Shown: one piece after another, positions 11,505 to 24,744 of the stretch | Layout of the letters: the number at the start of each line of letters is the position of its first letter | Numbering within the stretch: the stretch's first letter is position 1 | Assembly (NCBI GenBank): GCA_964016885.1 | Contig: OZ024740.1 | Span: 44,454,001-44,518,000, forward strand | Direction of reading: 5' to 3' | Length of the DNA stretch: 64,000 nucleotides | From: Eledone cirrhosa | Taxonomy: Eukaryota | The notes under the pieces: generated by a model | The model's database searches: none | Told to the model about the DNA's origin: nothing | What the model saw: only the letters and a program-made list of their open reading frames with translations | Position numbers and translations under genes: made by a program

Positions 11505-11807
11505 ATTGAGGGTTTCTAATTAATGTTGCTGTCATTGTTGGTTCGGTGTCACCAAATTCATTTTCAGCTTTTACACGGAAAGCATAGCTTTGGTAAGGGT
11601 GGATGTCCTTCACATGAAATTTATTTTCAGTTAAATCCGAGGCAAGTGTATGCCATGCTTTTGCCCATTGTTCTTTTACTTCAATTGTATATTTTATTGG
11701 AGAGTGTTTTCCATAAGCTGGATTCCTGGCACTGTACCATCGAAGTGTCAAAGAATCTTCTGTTACATTGTCAATCAAAGGTCGATCCAGTGGAAGACGG
11801 GGTGGAA
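11505..11807 (-). CDS. Exon encoding one fibronectin type III domain (VPPRLPLDRPLIDNVTEDSLTLRW...YTIE...W...IHPYQSYAFRVKAENEFG)
   Basis: FN3 signature, paralogous to the 20.6-kb exon. Acceptor tcttcag, donor gtaagt, 303 bp, phase 1-1. Confidence 0.92.
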
Positions 11808-11847
11808 CTGAAGATAGAGGGATTATAGATAAATAAATAAATTCTGA

Positions 11848-11926
11848 AAAATAGTCTAATACTAGTGCACATGAACCTCCATAATTGAAAAAAGGAGGTT
11901 CATATGCCCTAACATTAGACTATTTT
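11848..11926. repeat. Intronic hairpin, 33-bp arms, 13-nt loop
   Basis: aaaatagtctaat...gaacctcc / ggaggttc...attagactatttt, with 4 mismatches. Confidence 0.85.
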
Positions 11927-13250
11927 GTGTAATCAATATACATGGAAAGCTTCTAACTATATTTTCAAATAAATATATAATTAAAATAAATAAATAATTT
12001 AAATAAATAAACAAATAATTTAAATAAGTAAATAATTTAAATAAATAATCTCAATAAATAAATAATTTAAATAAATAAATTATTTAGATAAATAAATACA
12101 CAATAAAAATAGAAAGAAATTATTATTTTTTATTATCTTTTATTTCAACCATATTGTTGCCATATTTTTAATGAAATTCACAGTATTTTAATTAATTATT
12201 AAACACTTTAGAGAGATTTTCAGAAATTAATTATTTTATTTTTAAGATGTTATTTGTCACATAACTTAACAAAAAGTACTTTTTCAAATTATGTTGGATG
12301 GTTTAAATTTAAATAAGAACCCGTAAAAATAGGTGATTTTGCTTCATATAAACAGAGGAGGTTTGGTATCAAAAGGGATTTATTATAAATAATTGAGTTG
12401 TTGAATGCAATTTTCTGAGGTCACAATTACTTTATATTATTTGTTAAATGTTTTGATAATTTGTAGTTGAATGTTATAATAGTGTTTGTTATAAGTTCTG
12501 CATATTTAAAATAACATCTTTGTTACAATATTTTGACAATTATTAAAGAATTTGGAGGGATTTAGTGATATAACTAACTTCTTAATCATTATGCTGGTGT
12601 TTGGAGCATAACTTAACACATTTCGATACATAAAATTACAACAGAGGATTTTTAGATAAATATAAACATGTTAATACAAACTGTTTTGTATCGTAGAGCT
12701 AGGTTGTGACTCATGCAGTTTGGTATCAATTGTATTAATATCCCTTTTGAGAATTGAAAATCTCCAAGAATATTAATTTGGTTTTCTTGGATGACAACCT
12801 ATGAGTCCTTATTCGAAACTATGTTAATCCCCGAGTAGAGAATTTATCCGACAGCAAACCAGGTAAGAACTGATAGACAACTAGATGTAGGAACAGCCTT
12901 CAAACTGGAATCTCATGTGTAGTTAGTAGGCTTAGAGTACTAAGAATACTTCCTCTCACATGGGAATAGAGTAGAATATAATACAGATTACACTGCAGTT
13001 GAAGAGAGAGAAAACTCAATGAGAATTACTTGAAAGTTATTTCACTGGAGAGAAAAAAATTATCTAAATTGGAATACTTTCAAAGTTTTTGTTGTTGGTA
13101 TTTGTTACTACTGTACAGTCTGAGTGAGATATAAAAGTATACATACATATATTTCTAGAGTTAGTGTTTTTTTTATTTACTAGACTTCTTTGCTAGTACC
13201 AACCACTCAACAACTAATCTATCTAACAGTTGTAAAAATCTTTTAGTTAT

Positions 13251-13304
<54 letters not shown>

Positions 13305-14687
13305 GTCGTCATCATTATCATTATCATCATCATCATCAGTTTACACCCACCTTCCATCTGGCATCTGTTTGATGGGTCATCACGTTCTGTGACTAGATAG
13401 GTAAGCAAACAACAAGTTGCTCACATTGTACATATTTTGGCATGGTTTCTAAGGCCAATTACGTTGGAGAGTGTACTTGGTGCATTTTATCATGGCACCA
13501 GTGCTCCTAATTTACAATATGTACTGGGTGCATTTTATTGTGGCACCAGCACTATCATTTTACAGATGCATCCTATTGTGCCACCAGCATAAAGAGCATT
13601 AATATGAATTATCTTTATACCAATTGCTGTTATTTTGTCTTAATTATGTCTACTAAATATATCAGAAAATATCCATGAATATCAAAATTCTAATTTTTCC
13701 TTTCTTTAAATCTTAAACAGAAGAAAGATATGAGATGCTCCTTCTATATATATATCAACATATTTTTATTGTTGATGTTATTGTTGAAACAGCATGACTG
13801 AATAGATAAGAGGATCACTTTGTAATCATAAACTTCTGGATTTAATCTCACTTAATGGCATCTTGGGTAAGTGTCATTTCCTATTGCTTTGGGTTAATCC
13901 AAGCCTTGGGAGTGAGATTGGTTAGATGGAAATTGTTTGAAGGTCAGCCATTGGATGAATTGGACATGTAATTCAAAGTTCAGCCCTGACACATATTGTG
14001 TCATGGTGATTTGTCTAGGGAATTGCATTAAAAGTACATGTCTGTGGAATAATCAAACCCTTCATGTCTGATGATGATGATAACATATTAATTTAATGAT
14101 GATGATGATAATTACATATTAATTTAATGATGATGATGATAATTAAATATTAATCTACATGGTGACTGGTTGATTTAACAAAAAAGCTTCATCTTGGAAA
14201 CCAACAACAGATCCACAATCATCAGCAAATACACACATAAATAAACATTCTGAAGATTGTCTAAATATTAAATTGTAGACATAGATTAAAAGTATAATGT
14301 TAGTAGGTTTAACCCTACTGATGCCAAACCTCCTAAAATTACTCCTGATAATAAGATGTAAAACTGTTTGCTTTAAAATATTTATATTTATGTAAAATCT
14401 TTTCATCATAATTTTGTGTAATCATAACAACCCTTTGTTAAGTTATATGTATGTTATATTGTTTTATTTAATAATAACCTTCCTTAAGTTATATTCCAAA
14501 GCAGATATTAAAATGATAAACTAGCTTCATAATAAAAAAAAATATTACATTCGTACAGAACTCGGAATTTGTTTTTGTTTTTGATATTAATTGAAAATCA
14601 TAGGCAATGTTTATCATTAAAATATTGTTTTAAAAAATGTACCTGACAAATAAATACCCAATATCACTTTTCAAACTATGAGATCCA

Positions 14688-14829
14688 GCATGTGTGTGTG
14701 TTTGTACATGTGCCTCTATGTGTGTTTGTGCATGTGCCTCTATGTGTGTTTGTACATGTGCCTCTATGTGTGTTTGTGCATGTGCCTCTGTGTGTGTTTG
14801 TGCATGTGCCTCTGTGTGTGTGTGTGTGT
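14688..14829. repeat. 24-bp TG-rich tandem repeat (catgtgcctctatgtgtgtttgtg)
   Basis: About 5 units just downstream of the linker exon donor. Confidence 0.85.
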
Positions 14830-14866
14830 TAAGATTAAAAATTGAATGAGGAAATATATTCATTAC

Positions 14867-14950
14867 CTTTTTCACCATCGAAATTTATCCAATCTATCTC
14901 TTCTTCATCATTATTATATTCTGGTGGCTGATCATAATCCTCAGCAAGCC
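14867..14950 (-). CDS. 84-bp linker exon (GLAEDYDQPPEYNNDEEEIDWINFDGEK)
   Basis: Acceptor tttttatag, donor gtaatg, phase 1-1. It joins the two FN3 exons in frame (G+GG=Gly, G+TT=Val). Confidence 0.8.
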
Positions 14951-16358
14951 CTATAAAAAACATAAAAGGGACAGATGCTATGTCTGAACTTAGTAAATCA
15001 AAATAAAAGAAAGAAAGTAGTAACACATTTGACTAATGAAAGACATTTCAGGGTTTACATTTCATTCATCAATATTCTGAGTTCAAATCAAGGTAGAATT
15101 TACTTATCAACGATTGGTGGAAGGAATCAATAAAACTTAATGCCAGATGTCTACTTATATCAATTCTATTGGTAGATATAAACTACTACATTATATCAAT
15201 TCGTTTGGTAGGTATAATCAATCTCCTGGCTTAACAACTCAGCCTTGTCCTTCCATATTTTTATTCCAGTCCAATATTCCATTTCTTCCAAGTCACCAGG
15301 CTTTACTCCTTTTCCAATTCTAATCATCGTGACTCTGCTATAAGGTCATGGCCACTGCCACTCCCCAGCTGACTAAACCATAAAAAAGAAAAAGTATTAT
15401 GCAGTTATGTCTCTATTTATACAGAATAGAGATAATCGAGATTGTATAAATGTCATCATTATCATCATCATCATCATCATCATCACCATCATCGTTTAAT
15501 ATCCATCTTCCACATTAGCATGGGTAGGACGGGCTGTCCCTTTGTGAGAGATCAGGTTAGGGGACCGTGATTCGAGCACGCAAAACTATTTTGGTTTGGT
15601 TTCTACAGCTGGATGCCCTGTGTAACACCAACCACATTTACTGTGTATATAAATTTACACAATTTTTAGTATATAGACATGCAAGTATGTCAAATATATG
15701 TATTTCTGCAGAGGCTCAGAGGAAAAGCTCTGCACACAAGGCATGAGCCACATCCATTTCAACAGCAGGACTTACCCATATGTACAGCACATGTGGATAT
15801 AGTTATCGGATACGGACTGGCTTCTCCAGTCACCTCTGGACCCACATCAACAATGAAGTCATGATGGTCCTCACCTCTGAATGATGAACAGTGTGTATGA
15901 GGGTTGACTATGAAGGAATGATGTTAGAGCTATGAAACCTTGCATGCACAAATTTCAACTTTTCTTGTTTCTTTTCAGGGACTATGTTGAAAACTAAACC
16001 TCATTTAGTCGTTCCATGTGATTATCTTGGTCGCCCTATGAACTTTTCAGCCAGCTCTCATATTTCTCTGTAAAGTCTTAGTTATTTCTATTCTGTATAC
16101 ATACAGATATTACTTTATCATATATCCACCTTCCAGCGGATCCTGTCAGAAGCATCTATCTCCAATTGATTTGGTTGGATCTCCAAATGAGACCAGTCAA
16201 GCTCATGGATATTACCCAACCATCTTTCTCAGGTTCTACCCTTGGGTTTTCTGCCAGTTGGTTTAACCTGTAAAATCTGTCCAGCGATTCTTTCATGCAA
16301 CATTCTATCCACATGTCAATTAGTGCATAACTTCAAAAATATTATATATATATATATA

Positions 16359-16912
16359 TATAAGTATGTATACGTACATACATATATGTATACAGACGTA
16401 CAGTAGTATGTATATATATATATACATACATGCACACATATATATATGTACGTATGGATTCACCGAACATTTATTATAATAACAATTAATATAATAACCC
16501 CGGCCGATTAACTCACTCGATATGCAAATTAGGCTGCTCAGCCATTAATATGCATAAGGAAAGTATATACTTTCAGACGTTCAATCATCTGGCAGGAAGG
16601 TATACGTTGCTGACGATAGCTAATAAGCTTGAAACTAGTACAGCGTTCCTTTGTCAGTGTTGAACAAACAAGCAACGATGGTTGCTAGACACTATGGCTT
16701 AATACGGGATGTTTGTTTACAAACACACCGGGCATTATAATAAATGTTCAGTGAATCCATACGTACATATATATATGTGTGCATGTATGTATATATATAT
16801 ACACACTACTGTACGTCTGTATACATATATATATGTACGTATACATACTTATATTTAAGTAACAGCCGTACTAAGAGTGAGAAATGAAATTTCGTTTCAT
16901 TTTTTCCGTTTA
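16359..16912 (+). mobile_element. Fold-back element with hammerhead in the spacer (non-autonomous PLE-like)
   Basis: Arms 16359-16480 and 16734-16853, tail 16854-16912 (also present reversed at about 32231-32279), (TA)n flanks. Confidence 0.75.
16604..16646 (+). ncRNA. Minimal type I hammerhead ribozyme motif
   Basis: ACGUUG-CUGACGA-U-AGCU(aaua)AGCU-U-GAAA-CUAG-UA-CAGCGU, with palindromic stem III and a GUA cleavage triplet. Confidence 0.8.
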
Positions 16913-17324
16913 TATATATATATATATATCCCTTAAAGTGTAAGAAGTCAATATTACATTAAAATGTCTACTTCAATAATTTTGTCTCAAATAACTAATA
17001 AATTATAATTATTATTGATTAATAATTATTCTAATATATAACTGGTTTGCTTTGTGGTATCTCTACTGGCTGTGTGTGTTCTGAGTTCAAATCCTGCCTC
17101 CAAATACAACTACTGCTGCCACCAGCACCATCACTTCTACTACCAACAACATTACTACTACTACTACTAACACCACCACCACCCACTACTACTACCACCC
17201 CCTATATGGCCAATGTTTCTAAGCAATGATTACAACTAATTGAAAAGAAAGCACTATATTACTGGTATATACATGATTGACCTGAAAAGATCAAAATCAA
17301 TGTAAACTCAGTTCAAATGAAAAG

Positions 17325-18658
17325 TATATCTCTTCTACCAGTAATATTATATCTGTTCTACCAGCTGTATTATATCTCTTCTACCAGTAATATTATATCT
17401 GTTCTACCAGCTGTATTATATCTCTTCTACCAGTAATATTATATATGTTCTACCAGCTGTATTATATCTCTTCTTCCAGTAATATTATATCTGTTCTACC
17501 AGCTGTATAATATCCCTTCTACCAGTAATATTATATATGTTCTACCAGCTGTATTATATCCCTTCTACCAGTAATATTATATCTGTTCTACCAGCTGTAT
17601 TATATCTCTTCTTCCAGTAATATTATATCTGTTCTACCAGCTGTATTATATCTCTTCTTCCAGTAATATTATATCTGTTCTACCAGCTGTATTATATCTC
17701 TTCTTCCAGTAATATTATATCTGTTCTACCAGCTCTATTATATCTCTTCTTCCAGTAATATTATATCTGTTCTACCAGCTGTATTATATCTCTTCTACTA
17801 GTTATATTATCTCTTTTCTACCAGCTGTATTATGTATCTTCTACCAGCTGTATTATGTATCTTCTACTAGCTGTATTATATCTCTTCTACCACTTGTATT
17901 ATAACTTTTCTACCAGATTTATCATGTCTATTCTACCAGCTGTATTATGTCTATTCTACCAGCTGTATTATGTCTCTTCTATCGGCTTTATCATCTCTTC
18001 TGCCAGCTGTATTATATTTCTTCTACCAGATTGATTGTATCTTCTACCGCCTTTATCATGTCTCATCTACCACCTGTATTATATCTCTTCTACGAGCTTT
18101 ATTATATCTCATCTACCAGCTGTGTTATATCTCTTCAAGCAGCTGTATTATCTCTTTTCTACCAGCTTTATCAAGTTTCTTCTACCAGCTTTATCATATC
18201 TCTTCTCCCATCTTTATTAAGTCTCTTCTACCAGCTTTATTATGTTTCTTCTACCATCTTTATTATAGCTATTCTACCAACTTTATCATGTCTTTTCTAC
18301 CAGCTTTATTATATCTCTTCTACAAGTTTTATCATCTCTCTTCTACCAGCTTTATCATGTCTCTTCTACCAGATTTATTATGTCTCTTCTACCAGCTTTA
18401 TCATGTCTCTTCTACCAGCTTTATCATGTCTCTTCTACCAGCTGTATTATGTCTCTTCTACCAGCTTTATTATATCTCTTCTACCAGCTTTATCATGCCT
18501 TTTCTACCAGCTTTATCATGTCTTTTCTACCAGCTTTATCATATCTTTTCTACCCTCTTTATTATGTTTCTTCTACCAGCTTTATTATGTCTCTTCTACC
18601 AGCTTTATTATACCTATTCTACTAGCTTTATTATGTCTCTTCTACCAGCTGTATTATC
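17325..18658. repeat. 23-bp minisatellite (ctcttctaccagctttattatat) with a 46-bp dimeric higher-order block
   Basis: Direct inspection: alternating A/B units to about 17790, then diverged monomers. Confidence 0.95.
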
Positions 18659-19350
18659 CCACATATGTTTACTCAACAGCATATCCTTCAATGTTCATGG
18701 TACAGTCCATTCATCTCATTCCTGCATCCTTTTGTAAAACACATGGCCAGTGTGAAAGTTAGTTTAATTAATTACATGATTTTTGTGTATGAAGCACCAG
18801 CTCGATATGCTAATTTACATATAGTGTAAACTTAACTGGCTAATATTAATTAGTAGTAGCACTAACATACCGTTGTTCATAATAGAGGTGTATATGAAAG
18901 CATAAATGATATATTTAAGTATAATAAATATACAAGAGCCTTGCTATGAATACTTTAAACTATGATCATGTCTCAGGTATCTCAGGTAGATGGTGTGAAT
19001 GCAAAACAGCTCTTTTGAGATTTTTATCCTTCATGAATGACATTTACTCACACAGTACTGAGAAGAGAATAGGCTAATATGGATATGGGCTGGAGCTGTT
19101 TATTTGCACGTAGTGTAAATAAAACATCAGCTGGAAATGACAATTTCTGATTTCCCTGAGTTTTTCCCAAATGTATCTCCCTTACTAAATCCAAATTATT
19201 GAGACTAATAAATTACTAAGGTAACAACCAATATTTCTTATCCTTTTATTTTCCTCCTTCTCCCAACCCTTGCATTCTATCTTACCTCTCTCAATTTGCT
19301 TCTGACTTTGTTGCCTTAATATCTCAAATCCACCTAAACATGCCCACTTT

Positions 19351-19412
<62 letters not shown>

Positions 19413-19430
19413 TATATAATATATATATAT

Positions 19431-20352
19431 ATAAAATCAGCAGTGGGGGAGGGTGCTCTGAAAGTACAGTAGCTAGAGTCAGAACTGGATGGAAAAAGTT
19501 CAGAGAGCTTATACCACTATTAGCCGCTAAAGGGTTCTCCCTAAAAATGAAAGGCAGGTTGTATGATGCCTGCATACGAACAGCAATGTTGCATGGCGGT
19601 GAGACCTGGGCATTGTGTGCAGAGGATATACGCAGACTAGAGAGGAACGAAGCTTGCATGCTCCGCTGGATGTGTAATAGTAATATACGTGAACGGCAAA
19701 GCATAAACGAACTAAGGAAAAAATTAGAAATAAGAGGGATCAGATGTTGTTTACTCGAGAGAAGGCTACGTTGGTATGGACACGTGATGCGCATGAAAGT
19801 CGATAGCTGTATAACGGTAGCCACGGAATAGGCAGACCTAGAAAAACCTGGGACGAGCTGATAAACTCCGACCTCACACACTTACACCTCTCCAAGACAA
19901 TGTCACTGGACCGAGACCTTTGGCGGTACTCAGTAATAGAGAAGACCCACCTTACCTAAATACATAGTAAAACCTACTACAGTCAGTAGGCATCTCTAAC
20001 AAATACACCCCCGTCCCACCACCCCCACCCCATCCACACCGCCCCCTTCTATGTAAAGTTATGTTGGTGCCACACCATCCAGGCCGAAACAAATGAGATC
20101 GTGTAGGTGTCACGACAAAAAAACACACAGTCCATGCTGTAATGTGGCCGTGTAGGCAACACGGTAAAAACCTCCCAGACCCACACTGTAAATGTGGTTG
20201 GTGTTAGGAAGGGCATCCAACTGTAGAAAACCTGCCAGACAGTCCTATGCGAGCAAGACAATCACTCTTGCCTCAAGTGGGAAAACCCCCGTCCAAACCC
20301 ATGCAAGCGTGGAACACGGACGTTAAACGTTGATGATGATGATGATGATGAT
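19431..20352 (+). mobile_element. 5'-truncated copy of RTE family 1
   Basis: Near-identical to 9458-10385, with a 25-bp deletion at about 19815, a short insertion near 19955 and a (GAT)n tail. Confidence 0.95.
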
Positions 20353-20490
20353 TTGCGTGTGTGTGCATGTCTGTGTGTATGCGTGTGTGTATATGTGTGT
20401 GTGTGTATATATATGTATATATATATATATGTATGTATGTATATATATCTATATATATACATATGATGATGATTATGATATATATATGTA

Positions 20491-20556
<66 letters not shown>

Positions 20557-20606
20557 CAATGAATATTGAAAATATTTGAGTAACTATATTTGAACAGTTT
20601 ACTTAC

Positions 20607-20918
20607 CATTTGTTGCTCTATGTAAAGAAACTGGTAATGAGGCCTCTCCTCCTCCAAACTCATTGTAACATCTCACTCGAAAAGCATAGTTTTGATCTGG
20701 CAGAAGCTCAGAAATCTGATGTCGAATATCAGGTATGTTGGAAATAATAGTGACCCAGTCTACTGAGGGTGGCCTTTTCATTTCAATGCTGTAAGTAATT
20801 GGCATTGTCATAGCCATTTTAGTGGCTGATGGCACTGAAGCTGGTTTCCATGCCAACCATGCAACATCAGAGCCATCATCTATCAATTCTGGGGGGTCAA
20901 TAGGCATTCGAGGTGGAA
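20607..20918 (-). CDS. Exon encoding one fibronectin type III domain (VPPRMPIDPPELID...LAWKPA...YSIE...W...LLPDQNYAFRVRCYNEFG)
   Basis: FN3 signature residues (W, Y, L-x-P-x-x-x-Y-x-F-R-V-x-x-x-N-x-x-G). Acceptor tgttgtag, donor gtaagt, 312 bp, phase 1-1. Confidence 0.92.
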
Positions 20919-22026
20919 CTACAACATAATTTGAAACAGTCAGAAATTAAATCGTGTTATTAGTGAGAAATATTCAATACATAAATACAAGAGTAACACA
21001 ACAACAAAGGTTTCAAGGCCATTTTTTCTTGCTAAAGCAAAGGTTAGCTTTGCAGGGCCTCATTACAGGCTTAGTGGTCAGAGAATTGGATTTGGAATCA
21101 TGAGGTTGGGAGTTTAATTCCCAGACTGGGAGATGTGTTATTTCCTTGAGAAAGACACTTTATTTCCTATTGCTCTTTCTGCCTGGAGTTGCGACTGATA
21201 GATAATATCAGCAATGGAAATATTGTTTTCTTTGTCCGATTTGATGAGTTCCTCCCCACTCAGTAAGTGAATGAGGTCGGATCTTGTTGATCAATTGATA
21301 TTTATCTCATTATGAGATCGTTTTTCAGGTAATATTTTACAGCCAGATGCCCTTCATAGCAACAACCACTTTTACTCACCTCTTACAACTTGCAGGGATG
21401 TGGTCTACCTATTCTAAACTAGAAAAGACACAGAAAATACACAAATATCACACAATTGGTATCCCAGTTGTTCAATTAACAGAACTGCATGCTTGTGAAA
21501 TTAACATGCACGTGGCTGCACATTCTACAGATAATTGATGCTTTAATGTAATTCTTAGGGAGATTCAGCATGACATAGAGTGTGACCTGACTGGTCCTTT
21601 GAATTAGTAGTAGAGTCCATCTGACAGGCTTCCAACTATTTTCTCTCTACCTAATTTCATTTGCAAGACTTGGGTTGACTAAAAGCTATGGTAAATAACA
21701 CTAATAACACTTACCCAAGATACCATGCAATGAGTTCAAATCTGAGACATTATGATTGCAAAGCAAACATCTCAACTATTCAGCTAATGGGTCAGTCACC
21801 ATTTTTATGTCAGTAAAATGCGCAGCCAGCATGCATTGTTTGGACAAAAGCTGGGGCTTATCACAATTCCATGGGTGTTAAGTAATAGGAAGTACAAAAC
21901 TCCCCCCTGTCAGTCCATTTAAGACCTAACACCCAGCAGCTAGTATTTATTTTCATCTAAGTGCTCTGGAGCATCATTAATTAATGTAGCGTGGAGCATC
22001 ATTTTTCATAACAGGTTTATCACAGA

Positions 22027-22284
22027 TTTGAACCATGGAATGATGTGAGACCAGTGTGTCACTGCAGGCTAATGAAACCATTATGTATTAAACAATGTTC
22101 ATACTACTTAGAATATATAACATCTTTCTTGGCAAACTAACTTGTCAAAGTGTTGTTTTTAAATTGGTATATTCCCAAACTCATTATTTTCTTCCCAAAC
22201 AGAGAATAACAGAGGTAAAAAAAATGACTTTGAAATAAATCTATTATATAAATATAAACAGAATTTCTCTCTCTCTCTCTGTAT
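22027..22284 (+). repeat. Dispersed ~260-bp direct repeat, second copy at 36492-36763
   Basis: Near-identical sequence ending in (CT)n-gtat. Confidence 0.9.
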
Positions 22285-22286
22285 AT

Positions 22287-22319
<33 letters not shown>

Positions 22320-22837
22320 CATGGATATATACATATACATGGATCGATCTATCTATCTCTATCTCTCCATTACCATTAATATATTAGTTATCAAAAAATA
22401 ATTCAACTCATTTTTATTTTCATCTTAATATGTCTATTATGTCTAATGTATCTAGTATGTCTATGTATATATCCCGTTTAATACACAGAAAAAGAAAAAT
22501 ATCTATATTCAAACTAAATGCCAATCAAAATTACTTGATAAAATACCAGCATAAAAACTAGAAAGTGAGATTCCAAGAACGTCAAGGAAATTATGGTATG
22601 TCTATAAAATAATAAAGCATCAAAAAACCAGAATTTATAAACATCGTAAATGTAGATTATATCAAGATATATTTATGTTGAAGCTCAATCTAGATTATTT
22701 TTTAGTCTTTATTGTACACTTCCATGGCATTACATCTACAATAGTTTATAATTTTCCTCTGTTACATTTTGATGCCATAGCTTCTGGAATATTGCCAAAT
22801 AGAAAACTTTTTTGCTTCAATTGTTCATTTTTTTTAC

Positions 22838-22872
<35 letters not shown>

Positions 22873-23555
22873 ATAATACGGAACAAGCGATAAGCAAGTA
22901 ATCCCAAGATACTGTAAACACTTATAATCAATTTATGATGTGTATCTATATATTTTGTGTAATGTAATAGATAATCAAATCACAAATAGAGCATGATAAA
23001 TGAGTGACAGTAGGAAAATTAAAATGAAAGTCTATCACATACTTACATGCATGCATGAATGCATGAATGCATGCATACATACATACCTACATACATGATT
23101 ACTGCAAACTCCGCTAAGGGTATTGCAATCACTTGTCAGATTATAGAGTTTGGTGCACTTTTAGGCTACAGCCAGCCACACAAACCTGTAACATATCATG
23201 AACAAGCAATGCCTGTGCTTTGAAGATTTTTGAAGTGGAGGATGCACTCGACCAATCCCACTCTCTGAGTATTGAAAACACTACCCGAAAAGGAGGACTG
23301 GTCAACATCAGAGTTTCCCTCTCCTAGAAAGGTTTAATAACAACTGGGGGCCTTTCGCTCCCAGGTGAAAAATAAATAAAAAATACAGTACTATTTGAAA
23401 GACCATTGACTTTGCTGAGTTCTTCCGTCCTTTGCCGGGTCTTGTATTTCATGCCACAGGCTGTCCAAATATCACCCTCCTCACCAAGCAAGCTTGGTGT
23501 GGTTGCCGACCATGAGACATGCATACATACATACATACATACATACATACATACA

Positions 23556-23589
<34 letters not shown>

Positions 23590-24576
23590 CATACATACAT
23601 ATATGCATACATAAATACACTGTTTCTCTACACTGGTGAGAGCAAAGCAATCAGCGTAGTATTGGTTTCATAAAAAAGGACACCCAGTATTCTGTAAATT
23701 GTAGAGTTGGTGCCATGATAAAATGCATCCAATACTCTGTAAAGTGGTTATATTGGTGACAGGATACAATGCCTTCAGCACTCCCCATAAAGTGAGTGAT
23801 ATTAGGAAGGTGCTCCAGCAGTAGAAACCATACCAAAATAGATTGTATAAGCAAGACAGGATCCTCTGACCTAACTAGTCTCAGACGATAACCGATACAA
23901 TCTATACAACATGGAAAACAGGCAAAAACAATTATGATAATGATAATACATATTTGCATATATATATATTAGAGAGGGTCAGGGTCCAATTGCTAAGCTC
24001 TTGGCATTTCAACAGCTGATTCTAGACTGGAATTACCTATTGAAAGACCAAGAGCGCAGTTGTCTAGCCCCAACTCTCTTATATAGTCACACTCTACTAT
24101 CCCAAGTATTGAGTTATCTGCTGAATAATGGTCTTATTAGTTTAAAACTGGTAAAATCCTGATCTCTCTCTATATATACACAAAGTGAGATCATAAATCA
24201 GAGTAGTACTCTATGCATGGGAAGAAGCAGAATAGGTATAAAAGTAAGTAAAAACCTGACCACAATGCCTAGTGATTTTGGTGTATGTTGAAAAGGCTGT
24301 CAAATTCAAGCCAAAATCATTAAGTGTCAAAGTTGGTTTATACATATATATATATATTGACAATTGTGTCAAAGACATGACAACCTCTCTAGTGCTGGTG
24401 TCATGGTAAAATATAATTGGTAAAACCTGGGATTGTATGATATGTAAGTGAGGTGCGGACCCCATGATCTGTCTGGGAGGTTAGTAGCCCTGCTTCAGTA
24501 CAACTTGATCTTTGAAAACCTGTCCAACCCTTGCTATCAGGGAATGCAGACATTAGATGATGATAATGTGGATGAT

Positions 24577-24744
24577 AATAATTGTTTCTACTTTTTGGCA
24601 CAAGGCCAGCAATTTCCCAGTGCATTACTGGTACTTTATTTTATCGACCCCGTAAGGATGAAAGGCAAAGTTAACCTCGGCGGGATTGGAACTCAGAATG
24701 GCAAGGGCCGTAACTCTATGCATCAAAGCATGGTGTCTGACCCT
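24577..24744 (-). mobile_element. SINE family B, 5'-truncated
   Basis: Matches the family B consensus. Confidence 0.85.

Noticed and set aside
15776-15876. AG...GTAAGT-bounded segment on the minus strand
   Set aside because: It is 101 bp with a stop in the required phase, and it is the antisense of an RTE 3'-end remnant.
17947-18762. ORFs of 271 and 255 aa
   Set aside because: Translations of the 23-bp minisatellite.
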